From: Eledone cirrhosa | Taxonomy: Eukaryota | Length of the DNA stretch: 64,000 bases | Assembly: GCA_964016885.1 (NCBI GenBank) | Contig: OZ024740.1 | Span: forward strand, 185,132,001-185,196,000 | Reading direction: 5' to 3' | Part shown: piece after piece, positions 1 to 15,313 of the stretch | How the letters are laid out: every line of letters begins with the position of its first letter | Numbering within the stretch: the first letter of the stretch is position 1 | Program-made: the position numbers and the translations under genes | Notes under the pieces: generated by a model | Seen by the model: only the letters and a program-made list of their open reading frames with translations | Database searches by the model: none | What the model was told of the DNA's origin: nothing

Positions 1-2330
<2,330 letters not shown>

Positions 2331-2677
2331 GCTTAATTAAAAGCATTTTGAAGACCTTACGCTTTTGTTTTAAAGTAGTGACTATTTCACTTCTTTTTTC
2401 AACAAACAAATCGCTGTTTCAGAGCACCAATTCTAATTTTCAAATTTTGCTGGACCTGCAACTGCTCTGTATAATCAGTTCCTGATTATTACTGCAATTC
2501 TATAAGAATCCAATATTTATTATTTTTAATAGGCAAAGGGCAGTGCTAAATTCTGAGGATTACTAACAATATGAAAAAAGAGATCTCTTAGCTTATCTCC
2601 CTTTGTTTGCTGAAAAAAGAAGTAAGTCACTACTTTAAATCTATAGCGTAAGTTCTTCAAAATGCTTTTAATTAAGC
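2331..2677. mobile_element. MITE with about 75-80 bp terminal inverted repeats
   Basis: Left arm gcttaattaaaagcattttgaagaccttacgc...caacaaacaaa is the near reverse complement of tttgtttgctg...gcgtaagttcttcaaaatgcttttaattaagc. It abuts the (TA)n tract. Confidence 0.8.
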
Positions 2678-3350
2678 ATAGAATTTATTGCCAAATACAC
2701 TATATATACATTCATATATATATCCCTATTTCAGGGCACCAATTCTAATATATATATATAAATGTGGCTAGTGTTAGGAAGGGTATCCAACTGTAAAAAA
2801 CCTACCTGAGACACTTCCATATGAGTGAGACATGCTCTGCCGATCATTCCCCCATCAAATGGAACAAAACTGCCTAACCAATGTTAGTGTGGAAGACATG
2901 AAACGATGTTAATGGATATATTCATACATACGTACAGATATATATGGATATATATATATATTTGTGCATGTGTGTGTTTGAATCTAATGATTATGAGATT
3001 TTATAATCACAGTGAATTTGTGTATTTGTGTAAATTGTTAATGTTGAAACAACCAATATATCATCAAATATGCTCAAAATAGCTATATTACTGTTGATGT
3101 TGCTGTTCTTAGGTCAACATGCCCTTGATATGAATATAGTTTAATCTAATAAAATTATAGCAGTAATTTCCATAATTATAGTCATCACTCTGTTTGATCA
3201 CCTGATTCTTAGATTGCTTCAGTAGAAATCATTCTGCTGTAAGCATTTGGATCTGATAATTGGTTCCTTTCTCTACTACTAAGGGTTTCTCCCTGCAGAC
3301 ATTAACATGCAGATTTCCAGGTTGTTTATTATCAATTTGCACTAATCTCA

Positions 3351-3793
3351 ACTTGTACCAAGCTCCGCTTTATGTGAGCGAGACCTGGAAGAGTACGGCA
3401 AAAATAGAGAGACGGCTGAACGCTTTCCACCACGGTGCCTGTGAAGGATCCTTCGTGTGTCCTGGTGCAACCGAGTGCGAAACGAGGAGATTCTGCGGAG
3501 AGCCAAGTCATGGATGCTACAGAGAGTCATCACGGAGCGTTGGTGCCGTCTGGCTGGCCATATTCTGCGTCTGTCAAATGAATGGCATTCAAAAACAGCG
3601 ATGAACTAGACTCCGCCTGGTGGTAATCGGAGGCGGTGTTGCCCAAGGATCACCTGGCGACGAACGTTCCAGAAGGACCTGATGGCAGCCAACATCACCT
3701 GGCACGGTCTCGAAAAATTTGCCGCTGATCGTGACCGTTGGCGAGTACTTACTGCTCGATGTGCTGAGAGGCGCGGAAGAATCTAAGACTAAG
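3351..3793 (+). mobile_element. 5'-truncated RTE-clade LINE 3' end with a 10-bp TSD
   Basis: Frameshifted translation LYVSETWKSTAKIERRLNAFHH...RRILRVSWCNRVRNEEILRR...LAGHILRL...TWRRTFQKDL...AADRDRWR. It has a (TAAGAC)n tail and the TSD actaatctca at 3341-3350 and 3794-3803. Confidence 0.88.
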
Positions 3794-4030
3794 ACTAATC
3801 TCAGCAGCCTGAATAATTGTTGAATTAGCAGAATAGTTAGAATAGTGGTTAGAATATCTTTGAAATTTTTTTCTTGGTCTTGTATTTTGAGTACAAAATC
3901 TGCTAAAATTGACTTGGTGTCTCATCTGCTTGAATTTGTTGTACTAATCAATTACTGGGGCCATTCTCCTTCTTCATCATTTCTCTCTTTCTTTCTCTTT
4001 CTGACTCAGGCATATTAAAGTGGCTTAAGA

Positions 4031-4259
4031 CAGGACCAGATTTAGACCTTTTTGGGCCTGAATCAGTTCAGTTTTGATGGGCCACTCATATAACACGCAT
4101 GCTCACAGAAACAAACACACGCACACATACATATGTATATATATATACACATAAGCAGAAGGAGAGAGAGAAGAACAGTCCCTGTTTGAAAGGGGGCTCT
4201 GTATGATAGGGGTGGGACAGGGCATTAGCGCCCATTACTCCCCAATAAATCCGGCCATG
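4031..4259. mobile_element. Possible degenerate hAT-type MITE
   Basis: Ends caggaccagattta / taaatccggccatg are an 11/14 inverted match. The putative 8-bp TSD is imperfect. Confidence 0.35.
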
Positions 4260-4594
4260 GTTAAGGATGAGATACTTATATTGCAGACCCAGTAGTTTGT
4301 ATCATCACTACTTTGTGGACCGGCAGAAAGAGGACAAACCAGTCCAAATTGCCTTGTAGTTTCTGGTTATTCTCCTATATAAATAGAAGAATAAATGACG
4401 TTCTTATATTCAGGATCTTTTTGGAGAAAGTTTAGCTGCCATTCTGAACAGTTCAAACAACTATATCACAGCTTTATCATTGGTTTACTTTTCAAACATT
4501 TAATGCTGTTCAAATTTTTATTTTTATCATTTATTACAAACAAATTTACAAGAACATTCGTATTAACAAGTGCAAAATACTTTTTTACTATCCT

Positions 4595-4800
4595 TTTCTT
4601 CTACTTCTCCTCCTCCTCCTCCTCCTTCTTCTTCTTCTTCTTTTTCTTTTTCTTCTTTTTCTTCTTTTTCTTCTTTTTCTTCTTTTTCTTCTGTTTTCTT
4701 ATTTTTCTTTTTTTTTCTTTTTCTTCTTTTTCTTCTTTTTCTTCTTTTTCTTCTTTTTCTTCTTTTTTTTTCTTTTTCTTCTTTTTCTTCTTCTTCTTTG
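4595..4800. repeat. Polypyrimidine (TCC)n/(TTC)n/(TTTTCTTCT)n repeat
   Basis: Directly visible. Confidence 0.95.
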
Positions 4801-5782
4801 AAAGTTAAATTTTCTAGCTTAATGAGGTTCTGATAATTAAGGATCAATTGATTGCAAACACAAATGAAACAAAGTTTCTTTATGTTTAGCATGAGGTGAT
4901 GATATAATTTTGTTGCTAAAAGAAGTGAAAGAGAGAAAAGGATAGGGATGGAGTAAAAAAGGGGGAAAAAAAAAATATATAACTTTACTGATACATCAAA
5001 ATTCCTCGCATAATACCATCCAACTTGAAGGAAATTACATTGCTTTCCAACTCTTCCCACCACCAACTGTTTCTGACTCTTCGATTCCTTTTCTCTTTCT
5101 CTCTTTCTTTTACTTTGTCTCATCTGTCTTTGACAGAGAAATGAAAAGATAAAAACCTTCCCTTGCTATTGAGAATTTCCTACCCAATCCTTGTCTCACC
5201 TACATTATTCCCAACCTCCCTGATTGTCTCCCCACTTTTTATTTTATATATTTTTCTAACCTTTCTCCCCTATCATATCTATTCCAAGTTTAACTCCTCT
5301 CTTCCTTTATTTCACCCTTCTCCCACTACATCATTTCTATTTTTTTTTTTTTTTTTATCTTGCCAATATTATCAGTCAACATTTCCCCCCAGAGTCTCTT
5401 TGATTTTGATGTATTTCTATGACTGCTAACAAGTATTTATTTATTCATTCATTTATTTACTTATTTTATTTCGCCTTTTATTTTCTTATGGCTTAGCCTC
5501 TTTTCTTGGGACATTTTTTTTTTATTTGTTCCTTTCATTTTAACATTCCCCACTTCTTTCTCTCTTACTCTCTATTCTTCTTTCTCTCATATTACATTTA
5601 TTTCTCCTTCAACTAACTCCACCATCCAATAAATTTTAGTACCCAGTTAGTATAGCACCTATTTATCCTTCACATTCCACCTCCTTTCCTAATGTCAGCC
5701 TAGTTTCTGTATGCAGGAAACAAATTAGAAATGATTCACAATTTTTTTTATATCCTTACTCTCAAATTTGTTTCCCTGTGTA

Positions 5783-5809
5783 TGATTATTATTATTATTA
5801 TTATTATTA

Positions 5810-5865
<56 letters not shown>
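5783..5865. repeat. (ATT)n microsatellite
   Basis: Directly visible. Confidence 0.95.
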
Positions 5866-6386
5866 CAATGTTGATGTTGTTTTTATTCCCTTCTTTTCCC
5901 ATTTCTGCAATTCTTTCTGAGCTATGTAGTTATAAAACCATGGAATTAAGATAGAAACATTCATATGAGGAAAAAGAGAGGATGGAAAATGATATTGAGA
6001 ATGAAAAAAAAAAAAAAAGAGAGGGAGAAAGAAAGAGGGAGAGAGAAAGTTAGAGTGATATAGGAAGATGTCTATTATATCAAATCTAAAAGATCACTTA
6101 AGCCTTTTATTTATTTGTGTTGCTTATCTTATCTGTATTTCTAAATGCTTATCTCTCTATGAAATAGCAGAGGTCAGCTTGATCCTACCAAGATAAAGAT
6201 AGAAGAAACTTCATCCTGTGATCTGACTTTTGTGTCAACATACGAACTCCCATGATGCAATGCAGCCAAATTAAACAATACATCTAAAAACACAGTCTGA
6301 TGGTGCTATATGCTGTGTGCTATGTGTTGCATGTAATGTACAATGCAGTATAAACAGCAAAGTCAGTTGTACAACAAATGACTTAC

Positions 6387-6559
6387 ATTTGTGAAACATC
6401 TCTAGAGAGACCTTTAGACCCTAATCTGTTGAGCCTGACCTGCACTACTTGAGCAATGGTAGCTATTAAGAATTCAACAATCATCAAACGATTGTATTGT
6501 ATGCAAAATCTTTTATTTCCATCTTGAAAAGAATTCACAAGCAAATTATCACATACATC
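6387..6559 (-). pseudogene. Candidate exon, open frame, cadherin-like
   Basis: ttattcttcag|...|gtaagt; 173 nt; only one frame open: DVCDNLLVNSFQDGNKRFCIQYNRLMIVEFLIATIAQVVQVRLNRLGSKGLSRDVSQ (SF..GN.RF.I resembles cadherin YSI..GN..F.I). Confidence 0.5.
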
Positions 6560-7896
6560 CTGAAGAATAATGAAATTATTGCCTAATACTAGATATCTTA
6601 TTCATAAAATGGAACTGAATTGAATTGTTGTGATGTTTGAAGGAATATTGATTTTTGTTTCCTTAGACCTGATATGTGTGTGAGGTTGGATATAGTCGAA
6701 TGATTTGACCCAAATATATTACTATCTGTACATATTTTGTCAACACTAGAGTGATGAAAGGTATAACTACTGATTTAGGTAGAAATTAAATTCAGAATAT
6801 TGAAGGGTGTGATTAAATATTGATTTCCAGCACTAGCACAAGGCCCAGAGAATGCTAATCAAAAGTACAGTTGAGTAAACCAACACTAATTCCCAACTGG
6901 TACTTTATTTTCTCAACCCCAGAAAGAATGAAATACAAAATGAGCATCAGGCATTTTGCTTGACTCTCAAATGCACCAATTTTCAACTTATTTCATCTAA
7001 AATAAATTGAATAAAAACCTAATAGTGTCACAGCACAAATCAGCTTTTTAAAAGTGATCATGCCCACAGGTATTTTAAGGTTATTTTAAAATAGCGATTG
7101 ACACACATTGCAATTAGTGACAAAGTAATGCAACTCTTTTGGTGCAGTTCATTAAAAATTCATTTTCTAAACATATTGGCATTTCTCCACGGACCTGTGG
7201 ACCATACATGGCAAACATGTGTGCTATGGAACAGTGGTGGCAAAACATTTTTTAATGATTTTGTTCAATCATTGGCTTATGTCTCCCAAAATGTAGATTA
7301 ATATTTTTTACTAAAGATCAGCTATTTGCAAGAAAGGCATGTATTCAAAGGACTAAACACTAGTATATTTGTTTTGATATTTAAAAAGAATTTTATAAAT
7401 TCAAGAGTGGTAAAAGGTAAAGTCTAAGATGTTTGCCCAAGGTCCTGCCTTCTAAATTGAACACTTGTGGTTGAAAGTGAAATTCTTCATTCATTCACTA
7501 CTTGGCTATGCCTCATCGTATTGCCTTTGAATTTGTAACATTATGAAAACCTTGCATTGCAACAGTTGCAAAGATTCTGGATAATTATCTTCAGAGCAAT
7601 TGGGCATTCTACAATTTGACATTTAGCAAGAAACCAAATGCTGATTCTGTCTTATGTTGTGTTGAAACTAATACTATCATTCAAGTTTCTAAGAAGAAAA
7701 ATGAGAAATTAAATGATTTTCATATTCCTTTCTATTAAACTGAATTCTATAGAGATTTCATTATAAGTATTGCTGCTTATAAATTAACTTTCATATAAAT
7801 ATCTCTACCAGATATTTGCTAATGTATACAGTCAATATTGTTTCTTCATTCAAATATGAACACTGAAATACATGTTAGATTAAAATATCAAAATAC

Positions 7897-7955
7897 CTGA
7901 TTTTGATCTCCAGAAAAAGTTACTGTGGCAATATTTTTCTTCTTGGTTTCAATAT
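7897..7955 (-). pseudogene. Candidate exon, open frame
   Basis: atttcag|...|gtattt; 59 nt, IETKKKNIATVTFSGDQNQ. It ends in phase 0 and joins in frame to the 6387-6559 exon. Confidence 0.45.
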
Positions 7956-9469
7956 CTGAAATTCTGTTTGTGTTACTGATAGAATTTTTTACTCTATTTG
8001 TCAATGATGACTGATAGAAGAAAACTGCATGTGGCTGATAAGAAAGTGATTACAATAATTTTGGCATTGATAAGCTTTGATCATTGACTCTAAAAAGACA
8101 GCCAGCATGTTCCTAAAGGCAAAAAAAAAAAAATCCAAAGAATTTTGGGGATTATTCAATACAAAAGTACATTAGCAATAAGCTTTAGAATATTTTTCAT
8201 GGTAACAGTTTTAAACATGCTTTCTAGTTTTGATCAAAGTTCTGGCATAAAATTTGATCTAAAGAAATGATACAGATGAAATAAGTTTAATGCTATTTGC
8301 CAGGAACTTGTAAAAATATCTAATATGTTTGTGCCTTGAGTGCATTGAGGGAAATTCTTTATATGTCATTGTTTACTAATGTTATTTCATGTTTGATAGG
8401 CATTAGGTAGTAAAGATATCTAAAGCATTGATATTATAATCTTTAAAACGTGATAGATTGCTGACGTATTTCAAGGAAGCAGTCACTCTACTTGACATTC
8501 ATTATTGAGATGAATGCTTGATTTGTTTACATCTTGTAGTCAGGTTATTTAACACCCATACTCTCTCGTAAGAAACTGCAATCATCGTCATCCCTTTTTA
8601 TATTCTTGATCTCTTTCTTTACATTTTTCTCTTGATTTTTATATAAAGGTAGACTGATAAATTTGAATAAACACGAAAATGTACACATAAATATGTATTA
8701 TTACTAAAAAGGCCCGAGTTTTCATATTATGATATCATTACATTTGTCATTTCATAGCTACTCATCAAGCTACAACATAAAGAAATATAAACACAGACAT
8801 ATAAGCTCACTCACATAAATTTATATATAGTGTTGCAGATCTACACATTAGAAGCACCCAGTACACACTGTAAAGTGGTTGGTGTTGGGAAGGGCATCTG
8901 GCCATAGAAAGCTTACCAAGCAAGTTGGAAAGACCCTTCAGTTTGTGTGAATAACATAACTTCTCTGCACTTGATAGAATATATAACCATACATAAGCCA
9001 AATGCAGACCCCTTGGCTTGTCTGGGAGGTCCATAGCCCTGACTCAATACTGTTGTAATATATTTAGACCCATCCATCCCTTACTAGCAGGGAAAGTGGA
9101 TGCTAAATGATGATAACGATGATGAAATGTTTGTGGGTGTACATGTGTTTCCCTTGTCTTATTACATCAGTCAGTATTTATTCATAAACTTTTATATGTC
9201 TCTGAACTCATATTTATCTAGCATTACTGTTGAGCAAGCATCACTGTGGGTGTATCATAATACCAAAGCAATCACAGAGATATCCCCATTTGGCAAAATC
9301 AGACATAAACTAGATTATGTTTCATACATTCTATTTTTAATCTTAATTAAAATTACTTGACTGACAACAATTATTGTTATGACAGAATCTACTACTTTGT
9401 TTCCATACAGAGAAAGCTCATGAATTTTATTTCTATTGTCCAATCTGTATGTATGTGCATGTGTATATG

Positions 9470-9740
9470 AAGGCATGTGGCCAAATGGTAAGGGTGTTGA
9501 ACTTACGATCATAATTTTGTAGGTTCAATTCCTGGGCTGGGTTGTGTGTTGTGTTCTTGAGCAAAACACTACATTTCACATTACTCCAATATACTCAGCT
9601 GAAAATAAGTACCAGCAATAGCTGGGGGTTTAAGCATATGATGGACTGATGTCCTGTCCATGGGGGAGCCTTGTACTCTCAATTGCTTCATGCCATGAAA
9701 CTGGGATAAGCCCAGTTCAACATGCTGCTTACAGTGCACA
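9470..9740 (+). mobile_element. Old tRNA-derived SINE with a CORE-like body
   Basis: A/B-box-like tggccaaatggt...ggttcaattcc followed by gtgttcttgagcaaaacact...ctcagctgaaaataagtacc. Confidence 0.7.
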
Positions 9741-12700
9741 AGGGCATGCATGTGTGAGAGTGAATGTAAATATCTGAGTATACATTTCTATTTCTATTGC
9801 CATTATCATCATCTGTCATCCATTTTCCTTGCTGAGAATGACTGGATGGGTTGTTGTGTAGTACTGCTGATCTATCAAATAGGCTAGAGTGCCATGTCTT
9901 ACTACCATATGTACTGAATGTCTTTTGTCACTGTACCAGCACAATTGAATTTATCATGTCTCTGACATGACTGAAGAGTTTTCCAGTCTCTTTGATTGGC
10001 TGCCTTTCCAATCACCAAACCATTTACAGGATGTACTAGAGGTATTTATGTTACCAACACAAATGAAGGTTTCTCTTGACCCTTATTTGGCATAATCTTT
10101 TAAGCCAGATGTCCGTCTGCTCTTCTCCCACCTTATAATCTGTAAGGTGTGCATTTTTCATGGCATCAGTTCTATAGAGGTTGAAAGTTGTTGATTCATG
10201 GGCAGATCCCTCCTTGACCCATGTGAGGGATATTACAGGCTAGTAAGAAAGATGATGTGTTATGTCATGGGTGTATGGCAAATAGGTGATAAAGTATGTC
10301 TATATCTATAATTTTCCTTCCCATAAAACAGTCTGTACATCTGGCAGTATAACATGCAAACACAAGAGAAAAAATATATAAATTGTGTATATCTGTATGT
10401 TATGAATAAGAATTATGATGATATAGCTGTTTGGTGCATGGTAAAATGTATTCCCTTTACATTAATATACACATTATATAATCTGTCATAAGTAGCAAAA
10501 CCTGAAACGAATTTGATATATATAAAGTATTTCTAATAACAAAAGAAAAGAAATACTGTTAAAAGTAAAAACAAAAAATCTATATATATTTGGTAATAGA
10601 CAAAAATATTACACATTCAATAAATTGATTTGTTTTACCTTGTAGGCACAGACTATTAATAACATACTTATAGAATTGCTACTTAGGATTAGATGTAACA
10701 CCAATCCCTCAGCAATATAAGTTCTTAATATAACACCAACCAGACTTATTTTATTGATTCCATAGGAGCTGAAAAATATTTTAATCAACTTTGTTCAGAG
10801 CTCAAATCTCAGAACCCATTGAATAATCAAGATATGTATCTCATTTAAATAATTGTTTTGCACAGCCAAATATCTTTGCTGGTTTTTCTTCTGTGTGTAT
10901 ATATATATATATAGTTTCATTTTAAACCAATTTCTATTTCAGAATAGGAAAGCCAGCATGTACATCATCAGATACATACCCATTGTGTATTTTAGAATAG
11001 GCAAATTAAAACACTCACTTGGAAGTTTTAATATCAATGTGGTTAGGGGAACAACACTTCAAGAATGATAGGTTTAAGTCGATGGCTATTTCCCTTAACT
11101 GAATCCATGTACAACAATAATAATGTATACCAATTTTTGTTTCCCGTCTTCAATCATTCTTTCACACCCTCTACTTCTGCTACTTTATCACATTACTCTC
11201 TAATTCTTCCTCTCTTGTGGAGCTCTTCTTTCTTTCCACCATTTCTCTCTTTCTCTCTTAATCATACTATCTCTGTCTATCTTTTTTTTCTTTCCACCTT
11301 TTCCAACATTTCTTTACTTCCATAACTGCTCCATATCTCATAACTGAATGCTTGGTATTTCCCCTCACTCCATCCTTCCCTGCTACCATTTCAAATTTCC
11401 ACCTACATATTTATTTAACTATTCTATATTCTTTATATTTTTTCTTTCCCTCTCTTCTACATCTTTCAGCACAGCCATAGCTTTCAGCTTCCAGCATGAC
11501 AGAGAGTAGGAAACCAATCAACAAAATAGTAGACATGTGACATAGAATTTTTTGTATTAAGATTTGTAGTAAGCATAGTAAAATAGTCACAAGGATGGAT
11601 TGAAACTGTATCTAAATCCCTAGAATATTGGGAGCTTACTCCATATGCTTCGTTACTCATCATTAGTCTGGAAGGTTTTTTTCAATTTGAAAGCTATCTA
11701 TGCAGTTTCAAGAAATATTTATTGTCTGTATTCTTATTTTTCAATTTATTTCCAGTCTCATTCGTGAGATCTTCAAAACTGCCTGGCCTCTACTTGTCAT
11801 TGTAAATCTTTTCCACTGCATCTTTCAATCTTTCATTCTCTCACAATCTCCCTCATTAAATCTGTTTCACTCTTTCCCACTCACTCCATTCACTATATCT
11901 CTAATACTATCTTCTTATTCTCTCTCATTGTGTTTAACATCTCCCCACTCTATCTTTCACTCGCTCTTTAAAGCATTGTAGTTTTTAATTTGCCTTTGAC
12001 TTTCCTCCTTCAACATATGTTTTCTCTCCTCTCTCTGCACTTGTTTTCTTTATTATTGTGGAGTATTTTTTTGCTCTCTTAAAATTCTGTTTATATTTTT
12101 GAAACAAAAATAAATAGATAAATACAAATGAAAAGATAACAAAAAATATAAACTACATTTGTCTTATTTTTCGTTTTAATTTTGACTTCTTCCACAAAGA
12201 TACTATGAGAGATTTCCTGCTCTTCTAAAAGACAAAGAATTATTTTTTTCATTTTCTTAAATTTTTTTTTTCGGTGGTGTTGATGATGATGATGATTGAT
12301 GGAGGTGGGGAAATAGTAAAAAGTTAATAAAAGAAAACAACAACAAAAAACATACTTTCACTTGAGGAATGCAATTTTATGAGAACAGTTAAATTGGATA
12401 ACACTCAATTCCAATGATTTCCTTTCTGTAAAACCAAGAACTGCTGAACGATTTTCCAATTGTATTGAAATTTGTGGGATTTGGTTATGCAGTTTGCCTC
12501 ATTTATTTCACCAAGGTAAATTTCATATCCATTCTTTTCTTGTCATATGTGGTTTCTATTTTTAAATGTTGCTTACAGCAGTTAAATACAGTTGTAGCAC
12601 ATTTCAGTAATAAAAAAAATTTATGTAAAGAATTACAGGCTGGATTTTTTATACTGTGTGATTCACAAATAGACCCAAATTCGAAGTTGAATTAACTTCA

Positions 12701-13090
12701 TATATATATATATATATGTGTGTGTTTATGTGTCTCTGTGTGATTGTGTGTCTGTGTGTGTGTTTTTATGTATGTGTATGTGTGTGTGTGTTTATGTATG
12801 TATGTATGTGTGTTTATGTATGTATGCGTGTGTGTGTGTGTTTATGTATGTGTGTGTGTGTGTGTTTATGTACATGTGTATGTGTTTGTGTATGTATATG
12901 TGTGTGTGTGCTCATGTATATGTGTGTGTGTATAAATATATGATCTGGTTTACAGTAGGCACAGCATACCCTGCAGTTCACAAGAAGCAACTAAATTGGT
13001 TAATGTCAGTAAGGCCATCCAGCTGTAAAATATGACCTGAGGGGGTCCTACCCAACCCATGCTAGCTTGGAAAGGTTGATATAAAAACTA

Positions 13091-13128
13091 TGGCTTGAGC
13101 TCTGCCGTCGGGGTTCAACATTTTCCTA
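13091..13128 (+). repeat. Fragment of the hammerhead-containing (Penelope pLTR-like) repeat
   Basis: ggcttgagctctgccgtcggggt...cattttccta is near-identical to 42889-42925. Confidence 0.6.
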
Positions 13129-13680
13129 TATATATATATGTATAAGGCAAGTAAACAAGAAAATAAAATAGAAGAACATTACAATACAATGCTGATATAT
13201 AATATTTTAGCACTTCAGTAGGAAATATTAGTCCTTCATTATTTGAAGATAGGTGAAAGAGAATGAAGGAAGTTTGGGAGGGAAATGAGGAAATTAGAAG
13301 CTAGACAAGAGGAAAAGAAGAAAGAAAATGGGAAACAATATATTGACAGGTGGAAAACATGTAGTTAGTCACCATGTATAACATATAAATGGGTGTGTAC
13401 ACTACACAAACTACAGCTGACATTCACAATCAAGTATAACTTCATAATATGTGCCAAGCGTTTACTAAGGGTTTATGCAGTTATAAACAGACATTGGCAC
13501 TCACTTGACTCTCCTTCCCATCATATAACATGAGAGCTGGAATGGGAGAGATCTGCACAACCACTTGACCGGTATTTCTTGTTTTATGCTAAAAGGACGA
13601 AAAGCAAAGTGGAATTCAGAAAACTGATATCAGGAACAAATCTCCAATACTCTACCAATTCTGCCAAATCGAGACCTATT

Positions 13681-13713
<33 letters not shown>

Positions 13714-15274
13714 CATTCTGTATAACATATATTCAACACATAATTGATTAATCATTTAAATGAAGGGGAGTATATATATATATATATATATATGCATGCA
13801 TGCCCTCATGCGCTGCAAGCCACCTTGTTGAGCCAGTGCTTTTCCCTGTTTCATGGTATCAAGTGACTCACAGTACAAGACTTCACCCTGGACAGGACTC
13901 CAGCTATTGTTGGTACTCATTTTCAGTTGAGTATACTGGAGCCACATCAAATGAACGCAGGAATCAAACCCAAGACATTATGATTGTAAGTCCGACACAC
14001 CATTTGGCCACATACCTTCACATTATATGCACCAACATATATTTTACTGTGTATTCTGGTTTTTAGAGTAGGAACATTGTATTCCTGGATGCCATAAGAG
14101 GTGGCTAAAAGAGATAGTATCAGGAAGAACCTCCAGCTGTAAACTTCATGTGAAAATGTGGAAAGTACAAGCAGGGCATTGCCCTTCATATGTCTCGAAT
14201 AGCAAAAATTCCTAATAAGAATTGATCCAAACCATAACAAGACAGCCAAACCGTCCCACCATGGAATATTGATGTATGATAATGACATATATGTGCATGT
14301 GTTTAGAAATGAGATGTAAACCATGCATTCTTTCTTCACCACCACTCCTTAGTAGTTATTTTTACCACAGTTGCCCAAGAATACTCCAAAGCCACACACC
14401 ACATCTAACTCCTATCACAGCAACTTAATGCCTTTGTAGATGTTCATCACCATATGGTCCATACTATCAACCCTTCTGTTCCTATTACTAGCCTTTCAAG
14501 TACCTACACACTTGACATACTTTCTCAACTATACTCACCTCATATCAATCTCCCCTCAAACCGTTCCACACCATGACAGTGTATTTAATTGTTAGGAGAT
14601 AATCATAAATCATCTCTATCTAGAAACAATTACCCCTGATACACATATCATAAACTCACCCTTCTTTATCATATTTCCCCTACCCCTTTGTATCCACCTC
14701 TCATAGGGTATAGAGAACTTTTCAGGCATGAGAAGACAACCACTCTATTGTTGGAGTGAACATGATAAAATACACCACACTGTATACTCTGAAAAATGGA
14801 TGGCTATAAGGCAACCAGCCATAGAAAAATTGCCAAAACATGATTGTAAGGATGCTTTAGTTGTGTCAGAGACATAGCAGCACCCCTCTAGTGATGTTAT
14901 CATGATGAAATGGACCTGTTCAAATGTCACTTGATGAGGATGATGAAAATGTTACACACACATATACATATAAAGGGAGAGGAGGAGAGAGATGCATATA
15001 TTACATTTTACAATATTTCATGTACATACAGCTTGTACTACCTTACATTCCCATCCTTGGCTTTGTTGGAATTAATTTTATACATAGTTGTGTGTGTTAG
15101 TGAGGAAATAGGAAGAAAGGGGTTACATTGCCTTGTTAGAAAGTTTCAAACCAAAAAGAATGAAAATCAAACAACAAAAATAAATAAATAAATGAAATAG
15201 GCTGGCAAAAATGATGAAACGGAATTTGAAACATCAAATTAGAATAAATATATCAATATACATATATATATGCA

Positions 15275-15313
<39 letters not shown>

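Noticed and set aside
4395-5123. Poly-F/S ORFs and the K/E/R-rich ORF
   Set aside because: They are produced by the polypyrimidine repeat and show no domain signal.
10639-10769. Open minus-strand exon-like segment with AG/GT ends
   Set aside because: Its start (cctatggaatcaataaaataagt) is a decayed SINE-B body, so the splice sites are probably fortuitous.
12356-12425. Exon-like segment ttttacag...gtatgt; similar ones at about 3211-3292, 4280-4374, 22317-22518 and 25700-26389
   Set aside because: They have stops or no recognisable motif. They may be further dead exons but cannot be supported by eye.
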